A DNA stretch of 64,000 nt, taken from positions 6,386,001 through 6,450,000 of the forward strand of contig NC_045138.2 in assembly GCF_008831285.2 (NCBI RefSeq), given 5' to 3'. The stretch's first letter is position 1. Each line of letters begins with the position of its first letter. Source of the DNA: Nymphaea colorata (lineage: Eukaryota). The position numbers and the translations under genes were made by a program. Positions 39,879 through 52,897 of this stretch are shown here, one piece after another. The notes under the pieces are model-generated. The model saw only the letters and a list, made by a program, of their open reading frames with translations, was not told the origin of the DNA and ran no database searches.

Positions 39879-41382
39879 GTACTATTTACAGTAATAGAGC
39901 CGACTCACGTCGACCGGATTCAAGTTTCTTGATCTGATAGCAAGAATGGGCTTTGATGACTCAAGGCCGATATGTACAGTGATCGTCCCGATTTACCTGG
40001 AGAGAGAAGAGAAAGAGGGTGAGAATGGAATTAGAGAAGAAATACTAAGGAAAGAGAGCAAAAAAAATATATGAAAAAAAAAAGATTGCCCTTATCACAC
40101 ACATGCACATGCCAGGAAAGGTTGCCCTTATCACACACATGCACATGCTGGTTGAGGATCAGGGCCACAACAACAAGGGAGAGAATAGTTCCAAAGCTGA
40201 GGAGTCACCCTCTCTCCTTGCTGTGGCTATTGACGAGCTGGTGCTCATCTTCTCTAGGCATCCACCTCCACCTCCTTCTTCCTCTCTCTCACTTTGTGCC
40301 TTTTTCATCAGGGAAAAACTAGGGTTATTGGGGAGTTTCATTCAAAGAACACGTATTGTTTTTCTACAATGAAGTTGCAATAAGCCTTGTTTGTGATCCA
40401 TTTTCTAGATGTTTGGTCCTTCAATCCCTTTGAAAATCTACTATTAATTAGAACAAAGTGTTTTGAATTTGGTTTTGAGTTTTATTTTATAGAAACATCT
40501 ATGTTCATCATCCCCACAACTTCATAATTAATAGATTCACCACTCTATGTAACAAGCAAGACAAATGGCCTTATGTACAAGACAAATCATGGAGCAAACT
40601 TTATTAAAGAACGTGTCTGGACTGCGGAACATTCTAAATGGGATGCTGCTGACCTTATGCTTCTTTTATAGTAAAGCATGGTGTAATGTGCATGGTGTAA
40701 TCACTTACATGTTCTGTTCCAATGTCATATAGTTGATTTATAGATAAATATATGTAATGTGTCTGTTAAATAAATTCATGTAAGTGATACAAAAAAAATC
40801 ATGTTGTAAGCAGGATATATACTCAGATCTATTAGCAAGAAAGTACATAGCCAAAATCTATATGTATATATATATATATAAAGCAAAAGGCATGAACCAT
40901 ATATAAATTATTTAACAAAACAAGTGAAATCCTGTGATTCATAGAACTTGAGATCACCTTCAACAAGCTCAGTAGGATACTGGGATTTGTCCTCCAAGAA
41001 TCGAATTTAAAGAAAAAAAATATCTATATCCAGGAAAGACATTGAAAATTAACGTTTCAGGCAACAAAACATGTATAAGTAAAAAAGCTCATGCCTCGAT
41101 GTAGGGATTACCAAAGATGGCACTTTTAGATTATAATCTTATTATTGACATTGGATTTTGCCTAATATTTAGCACTACCAACTGTACATTCCAAAGTTCG
41201 ATTATTCATATCTATATTTTCCAAACTTATGCTTTTGCTTCATTTGAGAGAATAGAGTTGGCGGTATTAAGCATGGTGCAAGGACCTCCTTCAATTTTTT
41301 TCTCTTTTTGAGCTTCCTTTTTTCTCTATTTCTTTTGTGCTATTTCATTATTCTCTTTCCTTCTCTGTTTCTCTCTCTTCCT

Positions 41383-41422
<40 letters not shown>

Positions 41423-43439
41423 AATGTGTGTGATAGAGAGAGGTTCAAGGAATAAGAAAAGATGGCTCAGAAAGAGAGGAAAGGTCTTGGGGCGATCACG
41501 CCACTGCTTATTATCACCTTAGACAAGAATAGAGAAGGGAAAGAGGGTAGAGAAGAAATACGAGGGAAAAAGAGCAGAAAAAATATATGAAAAAAGAGAA
41601 ACAGAAGAAAGAGAACAGAAAGCAGAGGGCGTGCCCTTCTCTTTCAACAGTTGCCAGCAAAGGTTGCCCTTATCACACACATGCACATGCACAAAGAGGA
41701 TCAGGGCCACAACAACAAGGGAGAGAATAGTTCCAATGCTGAGGAGTCACCCTCTCTCCTTGCTGTGGCTATTGACGAGCTGGTGCTCCTCTTCTTTAGG
41801 TATCCACCTCCACCTTCTCCTTCCTCTCTCTCACTTTTTGCCTTTTTCATCAAGGAAAAACTGGGGTTATTGTGGAGTTTCATTCAAAGAACACACATTG
41901 TTTTTCTTCAATGAAGTTGCAATAAGCCTTGTTTTGATCCGTTTTTGAGATGTTTGGTCCTTCAATCTCTTTGAAAATCAACTATTAATTAGAAAAAAGT
42001 TGGTTTACATTTGGAACTCATGCGGCATCAGCTTCTTGTGCTGCAAAAAGAGAGACACTGATATATAAGTTGAAACATAGTGAGACAGTTCACTAAAATC
42101 AGGTCTGGTATCCTGGGAAAATGATGCCTTCAACTATCTTGTTTGGTGGCAGGAGCAAATACTCCTCCTACTCACTTAGCATATCATTGTGATGATTTAT
42201 TATGCCCGAGGCAGCTGCTCTCTTTCCATTGGTTGATCCCATACCATGTGCACCACATCATTTTCAGCTTCCTGAAACATAAACTTAGTAAGTGATATAA
42301 ACTCCTATGTTGACCATCCCCACGCCTTCTTAATTAATAGGTTCACCAGTGCACGTAACAAGCAAGACAAAAGGCCTTATATACAAGACAAATCATGGAA
42401 CAAACTTTATGAAAGAACATGTCAGGACTGCAGAACATTCTAAATGGGATGCTGATGACCTTATAGATTTCTTTTATAGTAAAGCATAGTGTAATGTGCA
42501 TGAATGTTATTTTATTGGTTCCCTCCCCCCCACCCCCCAAAAGTCAAGCAGGAAAAAGGTGAGGAGTGTGGTTAGATGGAAACAGGTGATGGGTCAACTA
42601 CTTTGATAAAATTGGGGAAGTGTAAAGTGGGGTTTTAGGTTACGTAGGCATATCTGATTATATGATATTATATGTTCTGTTCCATAGCATAGTATATGTC
42701 ATATAGTTGATTTATAGATAAATATATGTAATTTGCCTTTTGAATAAATTCATGTAAGTGATACATAAAAAAATAATGTTGTAAGCAGGATATATACTCA
42801 GATCTAATATCACGAAAGTACATAGCCAAAATCAGAATATATATATATATATATAATAAAATAAAATTATAAAGAAAACAAGTGGAAAAGTAACGTCATC
42901 ATCTGGCACACATTCGCAAACATGTGATTCGTAGAACTTGAGATCACCCTCAACAAGCTCAGTAGGATACTAGGATTTGTCCTCCAAGAATCGAACTTAA
43001 AGAAAAAAATATCTATATGCAGGAAAGGCACTAAAAATTAACGTTTTAGGCAATAATACATGTATAAGTGAAAAAGCTCAAGCCTCGACGTAGGAATTAA
43101 CAAAGATGAAACTTTAGATTCTAATCTTATTATTGACATTGGATGTTGCCAAATATTTAGCACTACAAACTGTACATTCCAAATTTCGATTATTCATATC
43201 TATATTTTCCAAACTTATGCTTTTGCTTCATTTCAGAGAATAGAGTTGGCGGGAAGACCTCATAGCCGTCGTTGTTTGAAAAGTTGGATGTCACAATCAT
43301 ATAAAATGGAAACTATAGTGATAGGACTAGAGTAGCAAACGGTTCAAGTTTGGAAGCTGTACATATAAATAAAAAAATCCATGCATTTAAGTATTCAATA
43401 ATAAGGATGGAAATTTTAGGTTTCATTATTAATAATGGT

Positions 43440-46300
43440 CCCAAATACTGATGGCCCCACCTTTTGTTTTGCAAAACTAGCTATACAGCAGACGCAGTCA
43501 CTCATACTTTACATGAAGATGGTTAAACATAGCTACAATATCAAAAGAGGTGTCACTCTCTATGCCATGTGGAGGTTCCAAAGCCTCCAGCAAACCCCTC
43601 TCTTCAGAAGCGCTATCCACTTTGTCATCCCCTTGCTCCTCGAAAATAAATCTCACCCCAATTAGCTCATGCTTCAAATTAAGCTCCACTTTCTTTGGAT
43701 CGATCACTTTCACCATTCCCCCACGCAGACCTTCAATTGATAATTCTCCCTTTAGTTTCTTCAAGTCTTTTAGTTCATTAATATTGCAACCTCTTGTCTT
43801 CCCTTTGTCATCGCATACCATAAACCTATGCAAGGTCCGTAAATTAGTAAGCTTCCCCAGACCTTCAGCTACGAATTTCAATTCCTTTGTATCTTTCAGC
43901 CCAAGATACCTCAAGTTGCACAGTTCGCCCATTTCCTTGGGCAACTCTTGAATGGCACCATGACTTAAATCCAATGTTTGCAAGTTACAGAGTCTGCCGA
44001 TTGAACTGGGCAACCGTCTCACTTTAGACTTGCTTAGATCAAGATATTTTACAAGTGCAAGGCATTGAATGCAATTTGGCAACTCATCCATTTCACATCC
44101 CCTCAATAACATAGTGCAAGGCATGGAGCATAACAAACATGTGACTCAACCTATTAAGCGAGAAATGAGAGTTGGAACACGAAATGCTATATCCTTCAAT
44201 TAGAATACAATTGCTAAGGACACAAGTTAGCCATTTATGATTCCAAAACTTTATCAAGCCTTCTTTAATCCTCCATTTAATGCTATTGGCAATTCCTTTC
44301 CAGCTATTGGAGAGGCCTTTAAAGAACCATAACCAAGAGGAGTTCTTGAATATCTCATGAGACCAGAAAGTGTCATTTCAGAGGTAATTCTTACGAACAA
44401 ATTTGGCCTGGGCTTAACTTGAAGCAAACCTGCAGAGCAAGAAGAGCAATTTGACTTTGACTAATTTCACAAACATCATTAATGTCTACCTACCTTCCTT
44501 AATCAAATGACTGATCACATTCCAAGAAATGAGATGTCTGAATCCAGTCTGAGAAGAGGAGTCCCAAAGGAAGGAAGATATGGGAGATTAGATTTCTTTA
44601 ATGACCCTCACAAGAAGATGGAATACTACTGGCCAATATTGAATAATGTAAATTATTACATGATTTATAAGGCACAACCTGCCAAAAAACAAGATGAGCC
44701 TTCACTTCCAACTGGCATGCTGCTTGTTAACTTTGAGAATTATGCACTCACACCATTTCTCTCTCAACCGGTCATGGAACAGTGAGACTCGAAGGTAACA
44801 AATGGAAAAACTCCTGACCAACCAATCTTGCACAGAGCTAATCCAAAGGACCATCAAATCCTCTACATGAAATGGACATACTGATTGGAGTTAATCCTAA
44901 GCCCCACGCAATTGGACAACTTCTCCAACATAGATTCCACCATTTTCAAGGGATTGACCTTTCCCCAAAAAAGTAGCAGCACATCACACATGAAAGAGAC
45001 TATCACTGAACACTTACCCTCACGGGCGAAGGATGGTGTGAAGAAAACTCTTATCTCTAGCATATTTATAGACAACCCTAAAGAAGGGCCTCTATGACAA
45101 TAATAAAAAGATAAGGGGAAAACGGTCACCCAGCCTCATACCTCGTTTAAGGTTAAAAAACTTACCTGGGATACCATTCACCAAAACTGCTGCCAAAGCA
45201 ATAGAGATATAGGTGAAAACTCTATTTCAACATTCTTAATTAAACTCTACATGTAATAGGGTAGATATAAGGAACAACCAATTCACCCTGTCATAAGACT
45301 TTGAGAGATCAAATTTGAGATAAACCATTGGTTTCTTATCCTTCTTCATGCTATGAATGATCTCATGTGCAAGGAAGATGTCGTCATGTATGACTTTATT
45401 GGTGGAAAAAACTGCTTGGTCATCTAATACAATCCTTTTGAGAACATTCTTCATTTTGTTGACCATAATTTTTATGATCAATTTATACATACTGTTAAAT
45501 AAAGGAATGGGTTGGAACTTTTGAAGAGTTGTTACACCTTCCGTCTTAGGAATAAGGGTGATTTGTGTGCGATTGACCTTTTGAACAAGCCTTCTTATTA
45601 AAAGAACAACTGTACCATTTTACTCCCATCTGCACCTACAATATGCCATTTGGCCTACAGTATCCCAAAAGGATCGAAAGACTATACACTTGTGCTCCTC
45701 CAATGTGATGAGCTGGTTCCGCTCCTCACTTTCACTGCAAGAGACACATGGACATCCACTGAGCATGTTCCCTTCACCTTTTTCGATTCCAAGGAGCTGT
45801 TGGAAGCAACCATAGTAAGCTGCTAGGATGGCATGTGGATCCCTAATCATGGAGCCTTCCACCTCCAGCTCAGTGATGGAACTTATTCTTCTCCTACTTC
45901 TGGTAATAGTCTGGAAATAAGTGGAATTACGATCACCTTCCAACATCCATCTCACCCTAGCCGGTGTCTCCAACTGCTCTGTTCCTCATCAAGGCACTTC
46001 CTTATTGATCCCTCAGAATCCTCTCTTCATCTGCATCCACCTACCCTCTAGATCATGGATCATTTGACATATTTAATTAGAACTTTATGGCTTTGATCAT
46101 AAGTTCAACTGGTTCAAGCTGACCCTTCCTTCAACGAGCTAGAGGCATGTGGGTTGCTTTAAGCTTTCCCAAAAACTTGAGCATGGGGTATCCAAAAATG
46201 TTCACCCCCATTCCTGAGCGATCACAAGCTGGCATTCCTTCCTCCGCTGCAAACATCTAAAGTAATGAAATATTTGAGGCCTAAGAATGTCGCTTTTGTT
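43440..46300 (-). mobile_element. Degenerate L1-type LINE, copy 3, interrupted by an NLR fragment
   Basis: ORF 45620..45973 ARVRWMLEGDRNSTYFQ and ORF 45236..45490 KFDLSKSYDRVNW. Colinear with copy 1. Confidence 0.92.
43556..44122 (-). pseudogene. LRR-region fragment of an RGA2/RGA3-like CC-NLR disease-resistance gene
   Basis: ELPNCIQCLALVKYLDLS, LPSSIGRLCNLQTLDLS, ELPKEMGELCNLRYL, GLGKLTNLRTL, INELKDLKKLKGELSIEGL and LLEALEPPHGIE. Stop-free over 567 bp. Confidence 0.93.
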
Positions 46301-46304
46301 GAAG

Positions 46305-48300
46305 TTGTTTAGAAAAGCATTTTCAACATCTACTTGAAAAATATGCCATTGTTTAGTAGAAGCAGCTGCAATAAGAGTTCTAATAGAGGTTATTCGAGCA
46401 AACAGAACAAAAGTTTCTTCATAGTCAATCCCATATTCTTGAGCATTGCCCTTAGCGACAAATCTAGCCTTATACCTTTCTAATTTACCTCCACCTCTAG
46501 TTTTGACCTTATAGATCCACCTATATCCTATGGTCTTTTTTCTTGTAGGTAAAGAAACAATTTCCCAAGTCTCATTACTTTCGATAGCTTTAAGCTCAAG
46601 ATTCATGGCTTCATTCCAATTTGGATCTTCCTTAGCCTCACAATAAGATGAAGGCTGACAAAAATAATGATGTGCCATAAAACAAGCTCGGTGTTTATGA
46701 GAAAAGCATTCATATGGAATAAATATTTGGTGTGGTCTAACATGCCTTTGAGACTTTCTAGGATTGGATTGGTTAGTTTCTTAAGCTGCATGACTCCTTT
46801 AAATATAAACAATAATATCCCCAAAGGATCATCATTTGTAGAACTTTCTTTTCCAATTTCTTCAACTTGATCCTCATCATTAGAATCATCATCATCACCA
46901 AAATCAGTCCATACAAAAACATAATCCTCTAGTTGCTTGGATTCATTCTTAATGCCATCTTCATCTTCCAAAAATATCACATTTCTAATAACATAAACTT
47001 TGTCCTTCTCAATATCATAGCATCTATAACCATTTTGTGTTTTTGAGTAACTAATGAACACACAATTAATGGCTTTAGAGGAAACTTTATCATTTTGGTC
47101 ACTGAAAACATAACATTACAGCAAAAGCCTTAAGTCTATTATAATTTGGCTTCATATTGTATAATCTTTCAAATGGAGAAATATGTTTCAAGATTATCGT
47201 AGACATTCTATTAATCGGCTAGGATGATTTAGAACAGTTTCAGCCCAAAAAGTTTTTAGGAACATTTTTGGATAAGAGAAGTGCTCTTACAGTTTGAATA
47301 ATGTGTCTATGCTTTCGTTCAGCCACTCCATTTTGTTGTGGAGTCTTTGGACAAGATTTTTTATGTAAGATGCCTTTGCCTTTTAGAAATTGTTCAAATT
47401 CATTGGAAATAAACTCACCTCCCGAATCATTTCTCAACTCATCATACAATTGTATAAATCAAACTTCCTAGGCTTGTCAGAATGTGCCTTATTTGTCAAA
47501 GCTATTTTTTCCCACCTTAAGGAGCACTTATACATGACACTATTTCCAATTCTGTGTTCTTTTATCTTTCCACACCTTAAGGAGCACTTATACATGACAC
47601 TTATACATGTGCCTTCTTTTATGAGAATAGAAGTTTTCTTGCATGTTTAAGTTTCCTCACCAAGTTGGACATATGATTCTCTCTTGTCCTCAGTGAACAT
47701 AAGAGTACCATATGAAAAGACGACTGACTTCTACAAGCTCAACAACAGGGACATCATAGAACAATATAATAGAGCTTAGGCCAGCTTTGCCAGAACTTCA
47801 TTAAGAGCAAAGATAGTCTAAAAGTAGTATTTCTCTACTTCTGGCAAGCTCCTTATCTTGACTGCATGATCAAGCTGACCAACAAAAGAAGTGATCATCA
47901 GAATCCTCAAAATAAACCAGACACATGTTTTAAGGAACAAGTGTTGCTGATGACAAAAAAAAGTGTCCTTCCTAGAAATGCCCCAGCTCATGGAATCTGA
48001 GCCTCGAAATAAAATGTTTCAACCCTCACTATCCATACTTGATGAAAATCAACTCACCCCTATGCATCTCTATTTCAATCCTCGTATTTTGCTTGACGCA
48101 ATAGATCCTCTCCACGTCAAATCTTTGCATCTTTGCCCCTCCACCATAGGTAACCATTGCTCTCTCCCTCTCCCATCAGTGTTTGTCTGTTGTTTAGAGA
48201 GGCCTTGCAAAGCAGCCATATTTTTGTGTAGGTTTGTGAAGGTGGAGGAGTGATTCTGGAAGAGTGAAGGCTTTTTGTGCAGGCCTGTGAGAGAAGGAGA
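46305..48300 (-). mobile_element. Degenerate Ty1/copia pol fragment (integrase, linker, RT N-terminus)
   Basis: DSGGEFIS..SCPKTPQQNGVAERKHRHI (integrase), FISYSKTQNGYRCYD, and WNEAM..E..AIESNETW..WIYKVK..RYKARFVAKG..Q..GIDYEETF..QVDVENAFL (RT). The right boundary is approximate. Confidence 0.92.
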
Positions 48301-49084
48301 GGTGGTTCTCTTTGTTGGTCACAGAACTATTTCAACATAAGGGTTTTGAAGCTCTATTAATGGTGAAGGTGTGCTTTAGGCCCTTTTCCTCCTCGTTTTC
48401 TTGTTTAGGATATGATATTCATCAAGGAAAATTCCTTTATTCTTATATGCTAAAAGTTCTTCCTCATCCTCATCACCATCGTCAGTTGCTGTGTTCAGGT
48501 AAACCCTAATTTTTCTATTTTGTGCTTGCACTCTGTGCAGCTGGGTCTTTTATGATTGCCTTCATTCTCTCGCACTGCCTTTCTCTTTCTTGGATCAAAC
48601 AGTTCCAGATTTTCCATCTCGATCTGAGTATTGTCGGGAGGGATTCTAGCCGTTGGTTGGTTGGATCGTACCTAGCTCATTCCCCTTTTCCCATATGTAC
48701 TGAGTAGAGGCAAAAAATGGAGAAATTAAGGTTTACTTGATTACAAAAACTGACGATGGTGACGATGATGAGGGAAAACTTGTAGTAGAGAAGGACATTT
48801 TATTTTGAGGCTCGTGTTCCAGGGGTTGGGGCATTTCCCGGATGGATGACTTTTTGTTCTTCTTGGACAGAATGATGCTTTGTCGTCATTTGTCTTCTAG
48901 CCAGACATGTTTAACTGTTAAAGATGTGAAAGTAATTTCCATCAGAAAATGAAAAAAGAGTAATTGCCTCAGACATTCTAATTGTTAAAGATGTGAAAGT
49001 AATTTCCATCAAAAAATGCAAAACCAAATTAAAAACCGCTCTGTTCTGATTAGCAGAAGACATTCAGGTGTGTGTGTGTGAGAG

Positions 49085-50047
49085 AGAGAGAGAGACAGAG
49101 AAATGAGGTGGAGGTGGCCACCGCGAGAGAACGAGCATCAGATCATCAATGGCCATGGTGGGGAGACAGATTGACTTCTTGTCATTTTCAGTGTTATCTC
49201 CTTCGTTATTCAAACTCTCCTCCTCTTTTTGTGTGCATGTGATTGTCTATTTGATAAGAGCGGCCCCTGCCAACAACATTTGGGAGAGAAAAGGACATGT
49301 CTTCTGCTTTCTGTTTTCATTCTTATTTCTTCATATATATATTTTTCCATTCTGTTTCCTTCGTACTTTTTCTCTTATTCCTTTCTCCCTCCCTCTCTCT
49401 TGCTTCTTGTTGTTCAAGGGGATAATAAGCAATGGCATCATAGGAAACACCTTATATTAAACATGGTGTTGAGCCCCTCCTAAAATCTTTTTTTTTCCCT
49501 TTTTCAGCTCCCCTTTTTCTCTAATTCTTTTTTGCTATTTCATTATTCCTTCTCTCTCTAACGCACATGATATATATACATAGTGAGAGAGAAATAGGTA
49601 TAAGGAATACAAAAAGAAATAGAAAAGGTGGCTCAAAAAGATAGAAAAGTTCATAAGGTGGTCACCGCAGCATGCATAACATGAGGTCCCTATGAGACCA
49701 TTGCTCATTATCTCCTTAAGCAAAGAGAGAGAAGAGAGAGAGGGTGAGAAAGGAATTAGAGAAAAAATACGAAGGAAAGAGAACACAAAAAAATATGAAG
49801 ACAGAAAAGCAGAAGAATGAGAACAAAAAGAAGAGGTCGTGACCTTCTCTCTCAACTGCTTTCAACAAGTGGCACTCTTCTCACACAAACGCACATAAAC
49901 AGAAACAGGAGGAGGGCCAAAGTAATGGGGGAGAGAATAGTGCAAATGCTGAGGAATCATCCTCTTTCCCTGTTGTGGCTGTTGATGATCTGGCAATCCT
50001 TCTCTCTAGGTACCCACTTCCACCTCCTCATGTCTTTCTCTCACTCT
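49085..50047. mobile_element. Microsatellite-centred foldback element (imperfect palindrome, ~480-bp arms); most complete copy
   Basis: The CT-rich left half is the degenerate reverse complement of the GA-rich right half about a centre near 49570. Partial copies at ~10742-11200, 26757-27600, 33890-34750, 41270-41835 and 59290-59970. Confidence 0.75.
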
Positions 50048-50753
50048 ATGTCACTATCATTAAGGAAAAAATGGGGTTATTTGGGAGTTTTATTCAAAGA
50101 ACTCCTATTGTTTTCCTTCGACAAAGTTGCAATAAGCCTTGTTTTCGACCCATTTTCGAGTTGTTTGATCCTTCAATGTTTTTTAAAATCTGTTAGTAAT
50201 TAGAGTAGAGTATTTTTAATTTGGTTTTGAGTTTTCCTCTACAGAAATTGTTGTGACATTGTATCCCTAAGGGAGTTGGCACAATAGAAGGGGTAGATGT
50301 TGGTAGATTACTCCATTGGTTATTCATGGGGCATCAACTTTTTGTGTTGCAAAAAGTGGATACTGATATCCAAGTTGAAGCATAACATACGTGTATGTGC
50401 ATCAAAAGTAGGTCTGGTACCTGGGGAAGATGGTGGCTTGTCTCTCTTGTTAAGCGGCATGATAAACTACTCCTCCTACTACTCAACAAATTACTGTGAA
50501 GTTTTACTCTGCCCAAGGCAGTTGCTCTCTTTCCATTCATTGAACCCATACCACGTGCACCACATCATTTTCAGCTCATTTGAACATAACCTTAATAAGT
50601 GATGCAAACTCCTATGTTGACCATCTCCGTGCCTTCTTAATTAAAATGTTCACCACTACATTCTATCATGCAAGACTGAAGGCCTTATGCATATGACAAA
50701 TCATGGAGCAAGCTTTATGAAAGAAGGTGCCAGGATTGCAGAAAATTTTAAAT

Positions 50754-51094
50754 AAGAAAAGACGATGTCCTCACTACTGGACGAAAGGGACCACAAACCC
50801 ATTCTTCATATAATAAACCTCCTCTCCAAGAATAGAAGCCAGTGGTACGTTTTTGTTTCTATACGCAACATGTTGGTGATTTCTGATGGGAATGAAGCGG
50901 GTCGTCCCCCCGGGTTCCCCCACCAAACAACTGAGAAGCGGGTCGTCCCCTTCCCTTCCTCTGATCATCAAGCCCCCTGATCTCTTTATTTTTCTTTCAT
51001 CTTTCCATCCAATTCTTTCTAATTCAACAAAAAAAAGAGGCTCGGGATGTTTGTTTGAAGTGGCGAAGGCAGAGAAAGTACGAAAAAAGTAAGT
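50754..51094 (-). other. Probable nuclear insertion of mitochondrial DNA (NUMT) within a core-repeat copy
   Basis: Absent from all other core copies, GC-richer than its flanks, and contains the 5' half of a mitochondrial-type trnE. Confidence 0.7.
50756..50791 (-). pseudogene. trnE: 5' half of a plant-mitochondrial-type tRNA-Glu(UUC), truncated at the anticodon
   Basis: Minus strand GTCCCTTTCGTCCAGTAGTGAGGACATCGTCTTTTC matches the plant mitochondrial trnE 5' half as I recall it (GTCCCTTTCGTCCAGTGGTTAGGACATCGTCTTTTC) with two differences. Confidence 0.8.
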
Positions 51095-52836
51095 ATGTTG
51101 ATTGATTGGTGCCCCCACTATGGAAGAGGAAGTTGAGGAGTGTGGCTAGAAAGAAACAACTGAAGGGTCATCAAATGGAGAAGTGTGAAGTGGGTTTTAG
51201 GCTATCGAGGCATATCTGATATATAATATTATATTGTTCTATTGCATAGCATAGTATATGTCATATAGTTAATTTGTACATAAATACATGTAATGTGTCC
51301 CTTAAATAAATACATGTAACTTATACATAAAAAATCATGTTCTAAGCAAGATGTATACTCAAATCTAATAGAAAGAAAGTATAAAGCTAAAATAACAAAA
51401 AAAAAACACTTCATGCAAAACGCATGAACCATATATCGTATAAAATAAAATTACTTAAGAAAACAAGTGAAAAAGTAACTTCTCATCTGGCACACGTTCA
51501 CAAGCCTGTCATTCATAGAACTTGAGAACACCCTCAGCACTATGGTGAGAAAAGATTACAGTTTGGAAGTTATACACGAGTAAAAAGGCTCATGCGTTGA
51601 AGTATTCGATAATAAAGATGAAAATTTTACGTTTTAATATTAATCATAGCCTTGAATGGTACCTAAATTATCACTAACAACTGTACCTTCCAAGTTTTAC
51701 AAGTTCGTTTTGCTTGAGAACTATAATTAATGGAATGAAATCTCTACCATCAATCGAAAACTTGGATTAAAAAAGAGATATGTTGTTTTGCATCCCAAAA
51801 TTTATTTTGAATTTGAAGTGTTCAGAAATATAAAGTTTTATTTTTGAAAAAAGAGAGAATAAGGACTCGCTTGTTGGTACGACGATTGGTCATTCTTGTT
51901 GCCTTTACCGGCGGTAACCAACCCAAGGGCTATGCTTATTCTTGATGTGTTCATTTGTACATAAATATCTTCTCCATTCTAAATGTGGGCGGTGCTTGAA
52001 AAATTTGAAGATTTAATGTTTCAAACTTTTGGATGAGAAAATTTTGAAGAGTCATCTGAAAATATAAGTCATTTTGATTTGAGAGATTTTTGTATAAAGA
52101 AACATTAGCAAATATATTTGAAAATCTTTGGAAGATAATAGGGGTATTTTAAAGACCGCTTTTCAAAATAGATTTAGTGTTTTCTAAAGAACTGAAGTAG
52201 GTTTAAGATTTTGCTCTAATTCGGGTACTACCTAGCTTGAGCTCCATGTTATCTTGCTTATGTTTTTTTTATAAGGGTGCTTGTGATCATTCGTGAATTT
52301 CACAAGTAAATGTGAATGCATGAATGCTTTGGTTCTATATGATTGAAAGAAAATTATTCATTCATACAATATCATTCATCTAAGAATCTCCCTATCATCA
52401 CATCCAGAATTATTTACATATTTGTCCTAAACATTCTCATGAAAAGAAAACAAAATGATTTGACAGTAAAGTGTGGTTGTAAACCATCAAACATGATTAT
52501 AATATTGGGTATGCACTTGAGTTTTTGTTTTAATGAAATCGATAAATGAAAATTAAAATCTTAGAATCATGTATATGTGTGTATAAAATTGAATAGTTAA
52601 CAGAATGAAAAAAGAAATAGAAAAGATTTTGAGCCAAGAGGAATAGAGAAAAGGAGAAAAAAATTTTGAAAAGAAAGAAAGAAAAATTTTAAAGAGAGAG
52701 CAAGGGATGTATGTGTGTGTGTATAAAATTGTATATATATATATATATATATAGACATACGAAATTTATAGAAGGAAGATTTTAAATCTAAGAGAAAGAG
52801 AGAGAATAAGACTTTAGATAGAGAGACAGAGAAATA

Positions 52837-52897
<61 letters not shown>

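Noticed and set aside
24592..44136. NB-ARC exon and LRR segment as parts of one spliced NLR gene
   Set aside because: Both are on the minus strand but in the wrong order (LRR upstream of NB-ARC), belong to different NLR classes, and are each absent from sister repeat copies.
50774..51118. 114-aa ORF as a real gene
   Set aside because: No recognisable domain; it overlaps the trnE half and crosses the insert boundary.
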